Virus record (IMG/VR): IMGVR_UViG_3300033148_006964
Location: 64,001-128,000 of that record
Source: a virus
Length of the DNA: 64,000 nt
Direction: 5' to 3' (one strand)
This document shows positions 56,440-63,794 of this stretch, in pieces. The translations under genes were made by a program, and so were the position numbers. Each line of letters begins with the position of its first letter. Positions within the stretch are counted from its first letter, which is position 1. The notes under the pieces were generated by a model, which saw only the letters and a program-made list of their open reading frames with translations, was not told the DNA's origin and searched no databases.

Positions 56440-56643
56440 CTACCATCCTATTGATTTTGATATTTCTAGTGTCATACCACCCTTTTCTTCAAATCTTTTT
56501 ACAAAATGATCATATAAGCCTACGTTTGACATATCAAAATAAGGATGCCCAGATGGAGCAAATCTGTGAAGACTGGCTAGTTCTGTTTGGCTTAATTTAT
56601 CTATTTCTTCTTTTTTAGTTTGTATTTCCTTTTTTGTCAACAT
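56440..56643 (-). CDS. Hypothetical protein
   Basis: 67-aa ORF with an AGGAG RBS. Confidence 0.65.
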   Translation of the reverse strand: MLTKKEIQTKKEEIDKLSQTELASLHRFAPSGHPYFDMSNVGLYDHFVKRFEEKGGMTLEISKSIGW

Positions 56644-56664
56644 ATTTTCTCCTTAAATTATTAT

Positions 56665-57408
56665 TCACTCGTATAAATAATGAGTTTCAAGATACTGCTG
56701 AAATGTTATATTAAAATACAAAGGAAGTGTCATTGCTATTTCATCCATGTGGGCATGTTCTACTTTAAGTGGTATACGTTCAGCGTTTTCATAATGATCA
56801 TAATAAAGACCATTAACCTGATCTGGAGTTATTATCTTATTAACAACACCATATTCATTAGGCACACCAGCTAATAACCCTTTAAATCCTTTAGTCCTTT
56901 GAACAATATTAAATACATGGTCTATACTATTAGGAAGAGTTAATCTGCGCTCTTTTTTACCATTAATCTTATATTTCTTAGATACACTTCTTCTATGAAA
57001 ATAAGTAGCATATCCATCAATAAAAATAGCTAAACTAATATTTAGCCTTAGTTTCTTTTTTAACATTCTTAAAGAATCTATTACTCCAAAACTTTTAGCT
57101 ATTAAAATTATATTAGCATCAAGATCAAGCATTATTAATTTATTATATATTTCACGTTCAGTTCTTTTCCCAATACATCCTCTTGCGAAGATAAAATCAA
57201 TTTTTGATGGATCTGCACATCCACACATATTAACAGCACGAAGAGATTCATAAAATAAACAGCTATGGGTTTTCTCTCTATTAGTGACATTAGATGTAAA
57301 GTGAACATTATATTTGCTTAACATATTATCTATTGGAAATTTATTTTCAGTGATCCACTCAGAACTTCTATTGTTACCTAATATGGTTATCATAATAGTT
57401 TTTTTCAA
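56665..57408 (-). CDS. Alpha/beta-hydrolase-like protein
   Basis: LIAKSFGV nucleophile-elbow-like motif, IFIDG and a distal His; TTG start at 57408 inferred from the duplicated RBS/start. Confidence 0.5.
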   Translation of the reverse strand: MKKTIMITILGNNRSSEWITENKFPIDNMLSKYNVHFTSNVTNREKTHSCLFYESLRAVNMCGCADPSKIDFIFARGCIGKRTEREIYNKLIMLDLDANIILIAKSFGVIDSLRMLKKKLRLNISLAIFIDGYATYFHRRSVSKKYKINGKKERRLTLPNSIDHVFNIVQRTKGFKGLLAGVPNEYGVVNKIITPDQVNGLYYDHYENAERIPLKVEHAHMDEIAMTLPLYFNITFQQYLETHYLYE

Positions 57409-57435
57409 TTTATTTCTCACCTTTCTGTATTTGTT

Positions 57436-57819
57436 AAGCATTGTAGATACCTATGTCAATATCATATTATTTTTTGCCCAAAATTTCGATATTCTGTTTT
57501 AAAAGGAAATGTTGAAACCAGCTTAAAAGAAATATTGGTAGATGTTGCAAACAGGTATGAATATGAAATAATACAGATGGAAGTGATGTCAGACCATATT
57601 CATATATTTGTTGGGGCCAAACCGACGGTTGCTTCGATAGATATAGTAAGAGTTTTTAAAAGTATCACTGCTATTGAATTGTTCAAGAAATACCCAAAGT
57701 TAAAATCTTTTTATGGTAAATGTGGCTCTCTTTGGTCGGTAGGAAAATTCATATCAACTATTGGTAACGTTTCTGCTAAGACAATCAAAAAATATATTGC
57801 AGAGCAAAAGGGAAAATAA
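57436..57819 (+). pseudogene. tnpA: 5'-truncated Y1 transposase
   Basis: KHCRYLCQYHIIFCPKFR, DHIHIF (HUH) and KKYI motifs are in frame, but there is no ATG/GTG/TTG between the in-frame stop at 57379 and 57535. Confidence 0.8.
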
Positions 57820-57822
57820 AAT

Positions 57823-58983
57823 ATGTTGATACAAAGAGGCTACAAGTACAGAATTTTCCCGACTAAAGAGCAAGAAGAATCGTTGTTTCAATGTGGTGGT
57901 AATGCCAGATTTTTATGGAATTATGTTCTTAAAACAAATCAGGATTATTATAAAGAAACTGGTAAATTTAAGTTTTATTATGAATTAGCTATTTCATTAC
58001 CAACGCTCAAAGAAGAGTACCCCTTCCTTAAAGAATCATTTTCACAATCTTTACAAATGGTTTTACGGCAATTTGATAAAGCGTTAAAAGATTCCTTTAA
58101 AAAAGAAAAAGGATTTCCATCTTTTAAGAAGAAAATGTTGTTGAATGATAGTTTCTCCTGTCCACAAAAATGGCGATTGGGAAAAGGGTTTGTTTTCATA
58201 CCTAAAGTTGGAGAGATAAAATGGGCGAAACATAGGTCTATGAAAGGTAAACCTAAATCAATCACAATTTCACAAGATGGTAACAAATGGTATTGTTCTG
58301 TTTTGTGTGAATACAACATATCAGAACAAGAAAAAAGATATAATAATGTTGTCGGTTGTGATGTTGGTTTGAAAAATTTTGCCACGCTATCTGATAGTAT
58401 TATAATAAGTAATCCCAAGCATACTAAAAAGTATGAAAATAAGTTAGCAAAAGAACAGAGGAAATTGAATAGAAAACAAAAAGAAAGTAAAAACAGATTC
58501 AAACAAAGACTTAAGGTTAGAAAAATTCAAAACAAAATAAAAGATACTCGTAAAGATTTTCTTCATAAAACATCTAATTTAATAACCAAGAGTTATGATG
58601 GAATTGTGGTAGAGGATTTGAATATAAAAGAGATGATGAAAAATCATTATCTCGCTAAAGCAATCGGAGATGTTTCATGGTCAGAGTTTAATAGACAACT
58701 TGAATACAAATGCAGATGGAATTTTAAGCATTATATCAAAATTGGTAGATTTGAACCGACAAGTAAGATGTGCTCAAATTGTGGTTGTATCCAAGAAATG
58801 TCTTTGAATAAAAGGATATTTAATTGTTCTGATTGCGGAGTATCAATAGATAGAGATTTAAATGCATCTTTAAATATTAGAAATATAGGATTAAGTACCG
58901 TAGGGCATACGGGAAATTACGCTTGTGGAGATAGTTCGTCGGAATTGTCGTTGAGGCAAGAAAAAGAATGCTTAGTAAACTAA
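57823..58983 (+). CDS. tnpB: RNA-guided endonuclease TnpB
   Basis: RuvC GCDVG, VEDL and DRDLNA motifs; CSNC/CSDC Zn finger; N-terminal YKYRIFP. Confidence 0.95.
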   Translation: MLIQRGYKYRIFPTKEQEESLFQCGGNARFLWNYVLKTNQDYYKETGKFKFYYELAISLPTLKEEYPFLKESFSQSLQMVLRQFDKALKDSFKKEKGFPSFKKKMLLNDSFSCPQKWRLGKGFVFIPKVGEIKWAKHRSMKGKPKSITISQDGNKWYCSVLCEYNISEQEKRYNNVVGCDVGLKNFATLSDSIIISNPKHTKKYENKLAKEQRKLNRKQKESKNRFKQRLKVRKIQNKIKDTRKDFLHKTSNLITKSYDGIVVEDLNIKEMMKNHYLAKAIGDVSWSEFNRQLEYKCRWNFKHYIKIGRFEPTSKMCSNCGCIQEMSLNKRIFNCSDCGVSIDRDLNASLNIRNIGLSTVGHTGNYACGDSSSELSLRQEKECLVN

Positions 58984-59057
58984 GCAGAAGCCACGGGGCT
59001 TGCCCTGTGGAGTGTCACTATAATAGTTTTTTTCAATTAGCTCCTACCTTTCTATAT

Positions 59058-59204
59058 TTATTTAAGCGTGCGCATATCTTTTGAAAACATTTCACGAAGG
59101 CCTTTTAGTTCTTGAACTCCGCATTCTAAACAATAAACTTCATTGCCTATTCCATAGTGGCCTTCATTTTTTTTAATTTTTCTTTTACATTTTTTGCATA
59201 TCAT
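59058..59204 (-). CDS. 48-aa Zn-finger protein missed by the track (MICKKCKRK...YCLECG...)
   Basis: Two CxxC motifs; AGGT RBS. Confidence 0.6.
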   Translation of the reverse strand: MICKKCKRKIKKNEGHYGIGNEVYCLECGVQELKGLREMFSKDMRTLK

Positions 59205-59224
59205 AATAATACCTTTTTTAAAAG

Positions 59225-59605
59225 TTATTTTTTGCTTGTGTCTTCTGTGCCACGCGCTTTACATTTTAGAGGACGATGATTAAGCCAATGTATTGCTTCT
59301 TCAATCTTAGTGATGGCTATTGCATTTTCACGACAAGAAAAGTTACCATTTTGAAAATGCTGAAGACGATCAATTACAATTGCAAGAAGATCTTCCTGAT
59401 AGCAACCATTTGTTTCAAATTCTTTAACGTGGCTTTCATGGAAAGATATCTTGGCAAACTCATCGCCTTCTCCCATTGTTGTACCTTCTGGTTGAGTCGG
59501 TCTTATTTCATATTTATGGCAAGCACCACTCGCGCCAGGTTCGTCTAAACAAACTATTTGTGTAGATTTTTGAGTTCCAATTTTTAATACTCTCATTTTT
59601 ACCAC
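59225..59605 (-). CDS. tad1: Tad1-like anti-defence sponge protein (divergent)
   Basis: NG..QEDLLAIVIDRLQHFQ...FSCRENAIAITKIEEA..WL..R....RG.E.T matches the recalled Tad1 family signature. Confidence 0.8.
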   Translation of the reverse strand: MVKMRVLKIGTQKSTQIVCLDEPGASGACHKYEIRPTQPEGTTMGEGDEFAKISFHESHVKEFETNGCYQEDLLAIVIDRLQHFQNGNFSCRENAIAITKIEEAIHWLNHRPLKCKARGTEDTSKK

Positions 59606-59853
59606 CTTTGTTATAAAATTTAAAAAATAAAACTTATAAATGAATTTCCTTAAACCGTTTCAAAAATTTAATATCTCCATATTTTATCAAAAATAGTTGA
59701 AATTAATTTAAAATGAGGAGAGCATATATAGCATCCATCGTTTTCTCCACAAGTACACTTTTCTCCAAATAATATAAACATAACAAAGGAGTTAAAACAA
59801 ATTTTAAGTTTTCGTATCATTTTTTTTACCTCATTTTATATAAAATTAATGTT

Positions 59854-59884
59854 AAAAAAAAGGCCGACCTTTAAGACGTCGGCC
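59854..59884 (-). terminator. Intrinsic terminator
   Basis: GGCCGAC/GTCGGCC stem followed by 8 Ts on the - strand. Confidence 0.85.
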
Positions 59885-59888
59885 CAAT

Positions 59889-60173
59889 AGCTGTAACTAA
59901 AATTGAAGGTTAAAGTGTTTGAAAAGAGGCAATAGTAAAATTTTGTAGTTCATTTCCCCGCAGGAAATGAGAATTTTACTAAGGCCGGTTTCACACACGA
60001 ATAACCTATCATGTTATCACCACCATCTGTCGAAACAACAGACAATATAACTTACAGCTTAAAAGTACAAACAGGAGGAGTCCAACGGACTAGTGGTTTG
60101 CGTCCCACAAAGTATAGATAATAGGTTCCTATTTGAACATTCCCTATTATATACCTAGACCATCCTCCTGTTT
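59889..60173 (-). ncRNA. Candidate two-domain structured RNA (~290 nt)
   Basis: AAACAGGAGG/CCTCCTGTTT and AGCTGTAA/TTACAGCT long-range stems enclose several hairpins; ends at a terminator. Confidence 0.55.
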
Positions 60174-60175
60174 TG

Positions 60176-60409
60176 TTATTTAAAATTTTGTAATGTAATT
60201 ATAGTTGGCAATGTTTTTTTATTGTTTATACATTCTGCCAAATAGATCTCAGCCTTTATAAAAGATCTGACTTCTTTTAATCTTTCTTTAGGTACACCCC
60301 TAACAATAATTGTAAAATCGTCCTCAATTGTTATTATATCGTTTTTTGTATATTCAAAATCAGGAAACTGAGCTTTTAACATATCAATATATTTGTCTAA
60401 ATCATCCAT
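60176..60409 (-). CDS. Hypothetical protein
   Basis: 77-aa ORF with an AGGA RBS. Confidence 0.65.
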   Translation of the reverse strand: MDDLDKYIDMLKAQFPDFEYTKNDIITIEDDFTIIVRGVPKERLKEVRSFIKAEIYLAECINNKKTLPTIITLQNFK

Positions 60410-60421
60410 ATCTTTTCCTTA

Positions 60422-61093
60422 TCAATTCTCAGCTACTACTCCTTTATAAATGTAAATAAGACGTTTATACTCTTTCATAACTGATGTTTTATAATTTCCT
60501 ATATAGTTTTTAGTTTTTTCATTTACTTTTATATTTTTTTTATAATCAGGACCTCCCAAATATCTCCTAACGGCATGGGTAATTTTTGCTTGATGCGTAG
60601 TTTCATTACTAACAACATATCCATCTGAAAAATAAGATAATCCTATTACTAAGTTTAATAAATCATTCCAAAGAGTTTCGTTTTCTACATATTTAATATC
60701 AAGTTTTTTACATACCTCTTCAGCCGTACCTTCTAATATTTGAGCAATTCCTTTAGCTCCTCCTTCTGATTTTAATGTTGTTCTAAAATTAGATTCAATC
60801 CTTATAAGAGCGGCGTATACTTCCCAATCTACTCCCGTTGATTCTGCAAAATCATAAAATATTACACTATAGTATTTACCTTCCCAATGGGATAAACCAT
60901 AGGCAATGTGTAAAGTCTTTTCCATATTAATAATGGTCCGATCCTTTAGCTGATATTCTTTTATCAGTTCTTTACTAATTGCAAGATCAGTCTTAAGTGA
61001 TTTGTATCTTAACGTATAAATTTGATGAAATGCTATCATTCCAATAAAACTTATAAGTATAAAATGCGTTATAAATATTAAAAATTTTCTCAT
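60422..61093 (-). CDS. Membrane-anchored lytic transglycosylase (SLT domain)
   Basis: N-terminal TM helix; ALIRIESNF (catalytic Glu), GAKGIAQI and YLGG motifs. Confidence 0.85.
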   Translation of the reverse strand: MRKFLIFITHFILISFIGMIAFHQIYTLRYKSLKTDLAISKELIKEYQLKDRTIINMEKTLHIAYGLSHWEGKYYSVIFYDFAESTGVDWEVYAALIRIESNFRTTLKSEGGAKGIAQILEGTAEEVCKKLDIKYVENETLWNDLLNLVIGLSYFSDGYVVSNETTHQAKITHAVRRYLGGPDYKKNIKVNEKTKNYIGNYKTSVMKEYKRLIYIYKGVVAEN

Positions 61094-61108
61094 ATATATT
61101 CCTTAATT

Positions 61109-61402
61109 TTATATTATTGAAACATCTATTAATTTTTTATCGACATTTAAACTTTCAAGTAAGACAACTATATTTCTTATGGTTTTACAATCAATAAATA
61201 TCTCTGTATTAATATCGATTTCAAAGTTATCTTCTATTTCCATAAAAAGTTCTATCTGATCAAGAGAATCAATACCAAGGTCAGATTCAAGATGACTGTC
61301 CATAATTATTTTTTCTTTTTTAATGGACAGTCTCTCAGATATTATATCAACTAGCTTTAACATTATTTTCTCTTGGTAACTTAAGCTTATTCCAGACATC
61401 AT
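61109..61402 (-). CDS. acpP: Acyl carrier protein
   Basis: DLGIDSLDQIELFMEIEDNFEI with the phosphopantetheine-accepting DSL serine. Confidence 0.88.
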   Translation of the reverse strand: MMSGISLSYQEKIMLKLVDIISERLSIKKEKIIMDSHLESDLGIDSLDQIELFMEIEDNFEIDINTEIFIDCKTIRNIVVLLESLNVDKKLIDVSII

Positions 61403-61724
61403 CTTCTAAAAAAGCGACTCTTGATTCGCCAATATTATCACCGAATATTTCCTTAGCTGCCTTTTCTTTTATAAGCGCCCATCCCCCTGTACGATATGGA
61501 CTATCTTTATTTGTTCCATTTCTTACTGATATAAAGATAACCCCTTGTTTCATATATTCCTTGCATTTGTCACATGGTTCATAATCAAAAACACATTTTC
61601 TTGGAGCCTCTTCATCATTCTTTAAATGACCAAGTAATAGAACTTCTTTTTTGTCTTCTCCACAAAAAAAACATTTAGGTATAACTGGGTTAAGTCCATG
61701 TTTTTTACTTATTCTTAATGACAT
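61347..61724 (-). CDS. Hypothetical protein with paired CxxC motifs
   Basis: CFFCG...CDKC; probable start at MSLRISKK. Confidence 0.7.
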   Translation of the reverse strand: MSLRISKKHGLNPVIPKCFFCGEDKKEVLLLGHLKNDEEAPRKCVFDYEPCDKCKEYMKQGVIFISVRNGTNKDSPYRTGGWALIKEKAAKEIFGDNIGESRVAFLEDDVWNKLKLPRENNVKAS

Positions 61725-62029
61725 ACTATTCCCCACCCCCAACTTAAAAAGGTACTTATAGTTTTCTTATTACCACCAGTAATCGGTTTATGTTTAATAA
61801 TCATATAACCATTTTCCGTTGCTAATTTACAAAATCTTTTAAAATGAGATTTACTTTTCCATATTGGAAGATCTTTAGTGAGACAAATTTCTAAGTGTCC
61901 TTTTTTAGCATTTACTCTAACGCTATGATCAATATACTTTAAAAACGTTTGATATTCTGCTTCTGTAATTCCAATATCTTTACTTTCAGCAGTATTTGAT
62001 ATTTCTCTTGCTATTTTAGCTGTTATCAT
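61715..62029 (-). CDS. Hypothetical protein
   Basis: 104-aa ORF with an AGAGGA RBS. Confidence 0.65.
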   Translation of the reverse strand: MITAKIAREISNTAESKDIGITEAEYQTFLKYIDHSVRVNAKKGHLEICLTKDLPIWKSKSHFKRFCKLATENGYMIIKHKPITGGNKKTISTFLSWGWGIVCH

Positions 62030-62074
62030 ATTGTATCCTCTGTTATAAATAAAAAAGCTGATAAAATATCAGCT

Positions 62075-62197
62075 TTAAATTTCTACGCCATTCCATAGAT
62101 CATCAAGAAAACATTCTGAAATTTCCTGCATAGCTTTCTCATCATTGATTTCTTGCTGTTCCGGGGCGTGGATTCTTGGATTGTACCCTATTCCCAT
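62075..62197 (-). CDS. 40-aa acidic protein missed by the track (MGIGYNPRIHAPEQQEINDEKAMQEISECFLDDLWNGVEI)
   Basis: AGGAGG RBS; lies between promoter P7 and a terminator hairpin at 62050-62075. Confidence 0.7.
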   Translation of the reverse strand: MGIGYNPRIHAPEQQEINDEKAMQEISECFLDDLWNGVEI

Positions 62198-62235
62198 TTT
62201 TGTTTCCTCCTTAAAATATTAATATTTTCAATATA

Positions 62236-62264
62236 GTTATACCATATTATTAAAATAAATAACA
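62236..62264 (-). promoter_or_regulatory. Phage promoter P7 (TGTTAT-N17-TATAAC)
   Basis: Repeated motif. Confidence 0.7.
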
Positions 62265-62267
62265 ATG

Positions 62268-62708
62268 CTAAAAATTGCCATCGGCGACTTGTAAACAACA
62301 TATTCCAAGCCCACGCCACTTTTGTACCATTATTTTTCTATCTTCCAAAACTAAAGCAATTTCATCAAATTCTATTCCAGCATCTTCTAATAATTCTGGT
62401 TTAACTATAGTATCATGTCTCACGTCTTTATCTTTTCTTAAAAGAACACGATAAGCTGGGTATACATTATTTTGCCATAACCATTCTATAGTTTTTCTTC
62501 TAGTTGATTCTCTTCTAGTAGAACAAATAATAATAGTATATTCTGCAGCTAACAATCTAACAAGATCTATAATCACCTGTACAGGTTCGTCTTCGTCACA
62601 AGTATCATAAAAGGCATCCCAATTTTTAGGTTTTTCAGTGATATATTTAAGTCTTGGCCCAATCTTACTTAATGTACCGTCAATGTCAACTACTACATAT
62701 TTTTTCAT
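62268..62708 (-). CDS. HAD phosphatase (polynucleotide kinase 3'-phosphatase-like)
   Basis: VDIDGTL, STRRE, R...D.RHD..VK and LEDR motifs. Confidence 0.85.
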   Translation of the reverse strand: MKKYVVVDIDGTLSKIGPRLKYITEKPKNWDAFYDTCDEDEPVQVIIDLVRLLAAEYTIIICSTRRESTRRKTIEWLWQNNVYPAYRVLLRKDKDVRHDTIVKPELLEDAGIEFDEIALVLEDRKIMVQKWRGLGICCLQVADGNF

Positions 62709-62716
62709 GATTCTTT

Positions 62717-62959
62717 TTATCCCCTTTGTTCAGCTATAGCATCACGTAATAATTTTTGAAACTCTTTAAAAACTTTATTCTTATTAAAACTTACTAAATT
62801 AATATTAGAAGAAGTTTCATAGGTTGTATGTTTTGCTTTACATTTTTGACAGGATCTGCGTCTTCGTATATATAACCCATCGGGATGAGATCTTGAATCT
62901 ATTACTTCCGATATACGGTGGCCACATTCTGGACACTTTATTCCTTCTGCTTTTTCCAT
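62717..62959 (-). CDS. NrdR-like Zn-ribbon protein lacking the ATP-cone
   Basis: CPECG...VIDSR...IRRRRSC..C...HTTYE, then only a short tail. Confidence 0.8.
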   Translation of the reverse strand: MEKAEGIKCPECGHRISEVIDSRSHPDGLYIRRRRSCQKCKAKHTTYETSSNINLVSFNKNKVFKEFQKLLRDAIAEQRG

Positions 62960-62980
62960 AATATTTTCCTTTTAAGTTTC

Positions 62981-63427
62981 TTATGTTTTGTTACGTTCTT
63001 TTATAAGATCTCTCATTTCATTTATAATGGGCATCCTCTTCGTGTCTTCCAATAAAACGAGCTTAAAGTCTTCTTCCGATATACCTGCATCTAAAATATT
63101 TACAGCAGCTATATGAGCTGCAGAGGAAATGCTATATGCCTCTTTAACAATTTCATCGGTTCTTTTTTGTACTGAGCTCCTATTTTCATTTAAAGCCTTC
63201 TTCATATCTTCGGAGTTTTCAGGATAATACATACCAGGCTCAATTATTTTAACGTCAACCATTTTATATATTTCAATATATTCTGAACCACAATCATAAC
63301 AACGTACTTCTTCTGATGCATTACCACTACTATCAGCAAGCACTTTTTCACCAGTACTAGTAATATTGTTTGATCCACATATAAAACAAGTCATAGGATC
63401 TTTAATCTGTTCTCTTTTTGATTTCAT
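62981..63427 (-). CDS. Zn-ribbon protein (paralogue of 53690-54073)
   Basis: CFICGS.NI...CYDCG...IYKM. Confidence 0.7.
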   Translation of the reverse strand: MKSKREQIKDPMTCFICGSNNITSTGEKVLADSSGNASEEVRCYDCGSEYIEIYKMVDVKIIEPGMYYPENSEDMKKALNENRSSVQKRTDEIVKEAYSISSAAHIAAVNILDAGISEEDFKLVLLEDTKRMPIINEMRDLIKERNKT

Positions 63428-63443
63428 TTTTTTTGTCTCCGTT

Positions 63444-63794
63444 TTAATCTGTTTGCTTTAATGCTTCATTACATAAAAGCCTTATCCCTGAAAGCTTATC
63501 TGCGATAACACATTCTTTGCATGTTAATACATCGATTATTTGCATTGCTAATAAATGATGCGGTGCAGCCATTTCTTCAAAATTTGTTTCTGCAAGTTTT
63601 TTTTTAATGATTTTTTTAACGTAATCACGAACTTCATAATCTGATGGAAACACTACTTCATTGCTCCAAAGATGTATATCTTTTCCATTATCATCAAATA
63701 CCTTTTCTCGTCCACAATCATTATTTACTTTTAATAAAAGATTATCATCTTTATCATAAAATAATTTTCCTATTTCAACTTCTTCAAATTTCAT
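63444..63794 (-). CDS. Hypothetical protein
   Basis: 116-aa ORF with an AAGGA RBS. Confidence 0.65.
   Translation of the reverse strand: MKFEEVEIGKLFYDKDDNLLLKVNNDCGREKVFDDNGKDIHLWSNEVVFPSDYEVRDYVKKIIKKKLAETNFEEMAAPHHLLAMQIIDVLTCKECVIADKLSGIRLLCNEALKQTD

Larger units (their letters stand above)
57436..59018 (+). mobile_element. IS200/IS605-family element with its left end deleted
   Basis: tnpA plus tnpB; right-end hairpin GAAGCCACGGGGCTTGCCCTGTGG ending TCAC at 59018; no left-end hairpin seen. Confidence 0.85.

Noticed and set aside
57392-59067. Target-site duplication created by the IS
   Set aside because: IS200/IS605 elements do not make duplications, and the copies diverge after 19 nt, which fits recombination with another allele.
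3129-59548. Many short opposite-strand or alternate-frame ORFs in the track (e.g. 3129-3347, 9404-9643, 24005-24319, 30591-30899, 57978-58502)
   Set aside because: They are shadows fully overlapping well-supported genes, with no RBS or recognisable motifs.
40255-60042. GAAAC hairpins as N4-type virion RNA polymerase template-strand promoters
   Set aside because: Three of five have mismatches as DNA on the template strand, and no such polymerase is in the window.
60085-60110. c-di-GMP-I riboswitch (GTGGGACGCAAA)
   Set aside because: Only this short motif matches; the upstream GGCAAA/GNRA arm and downstream receptor arm are not evident. A covariance-model search would settle it.
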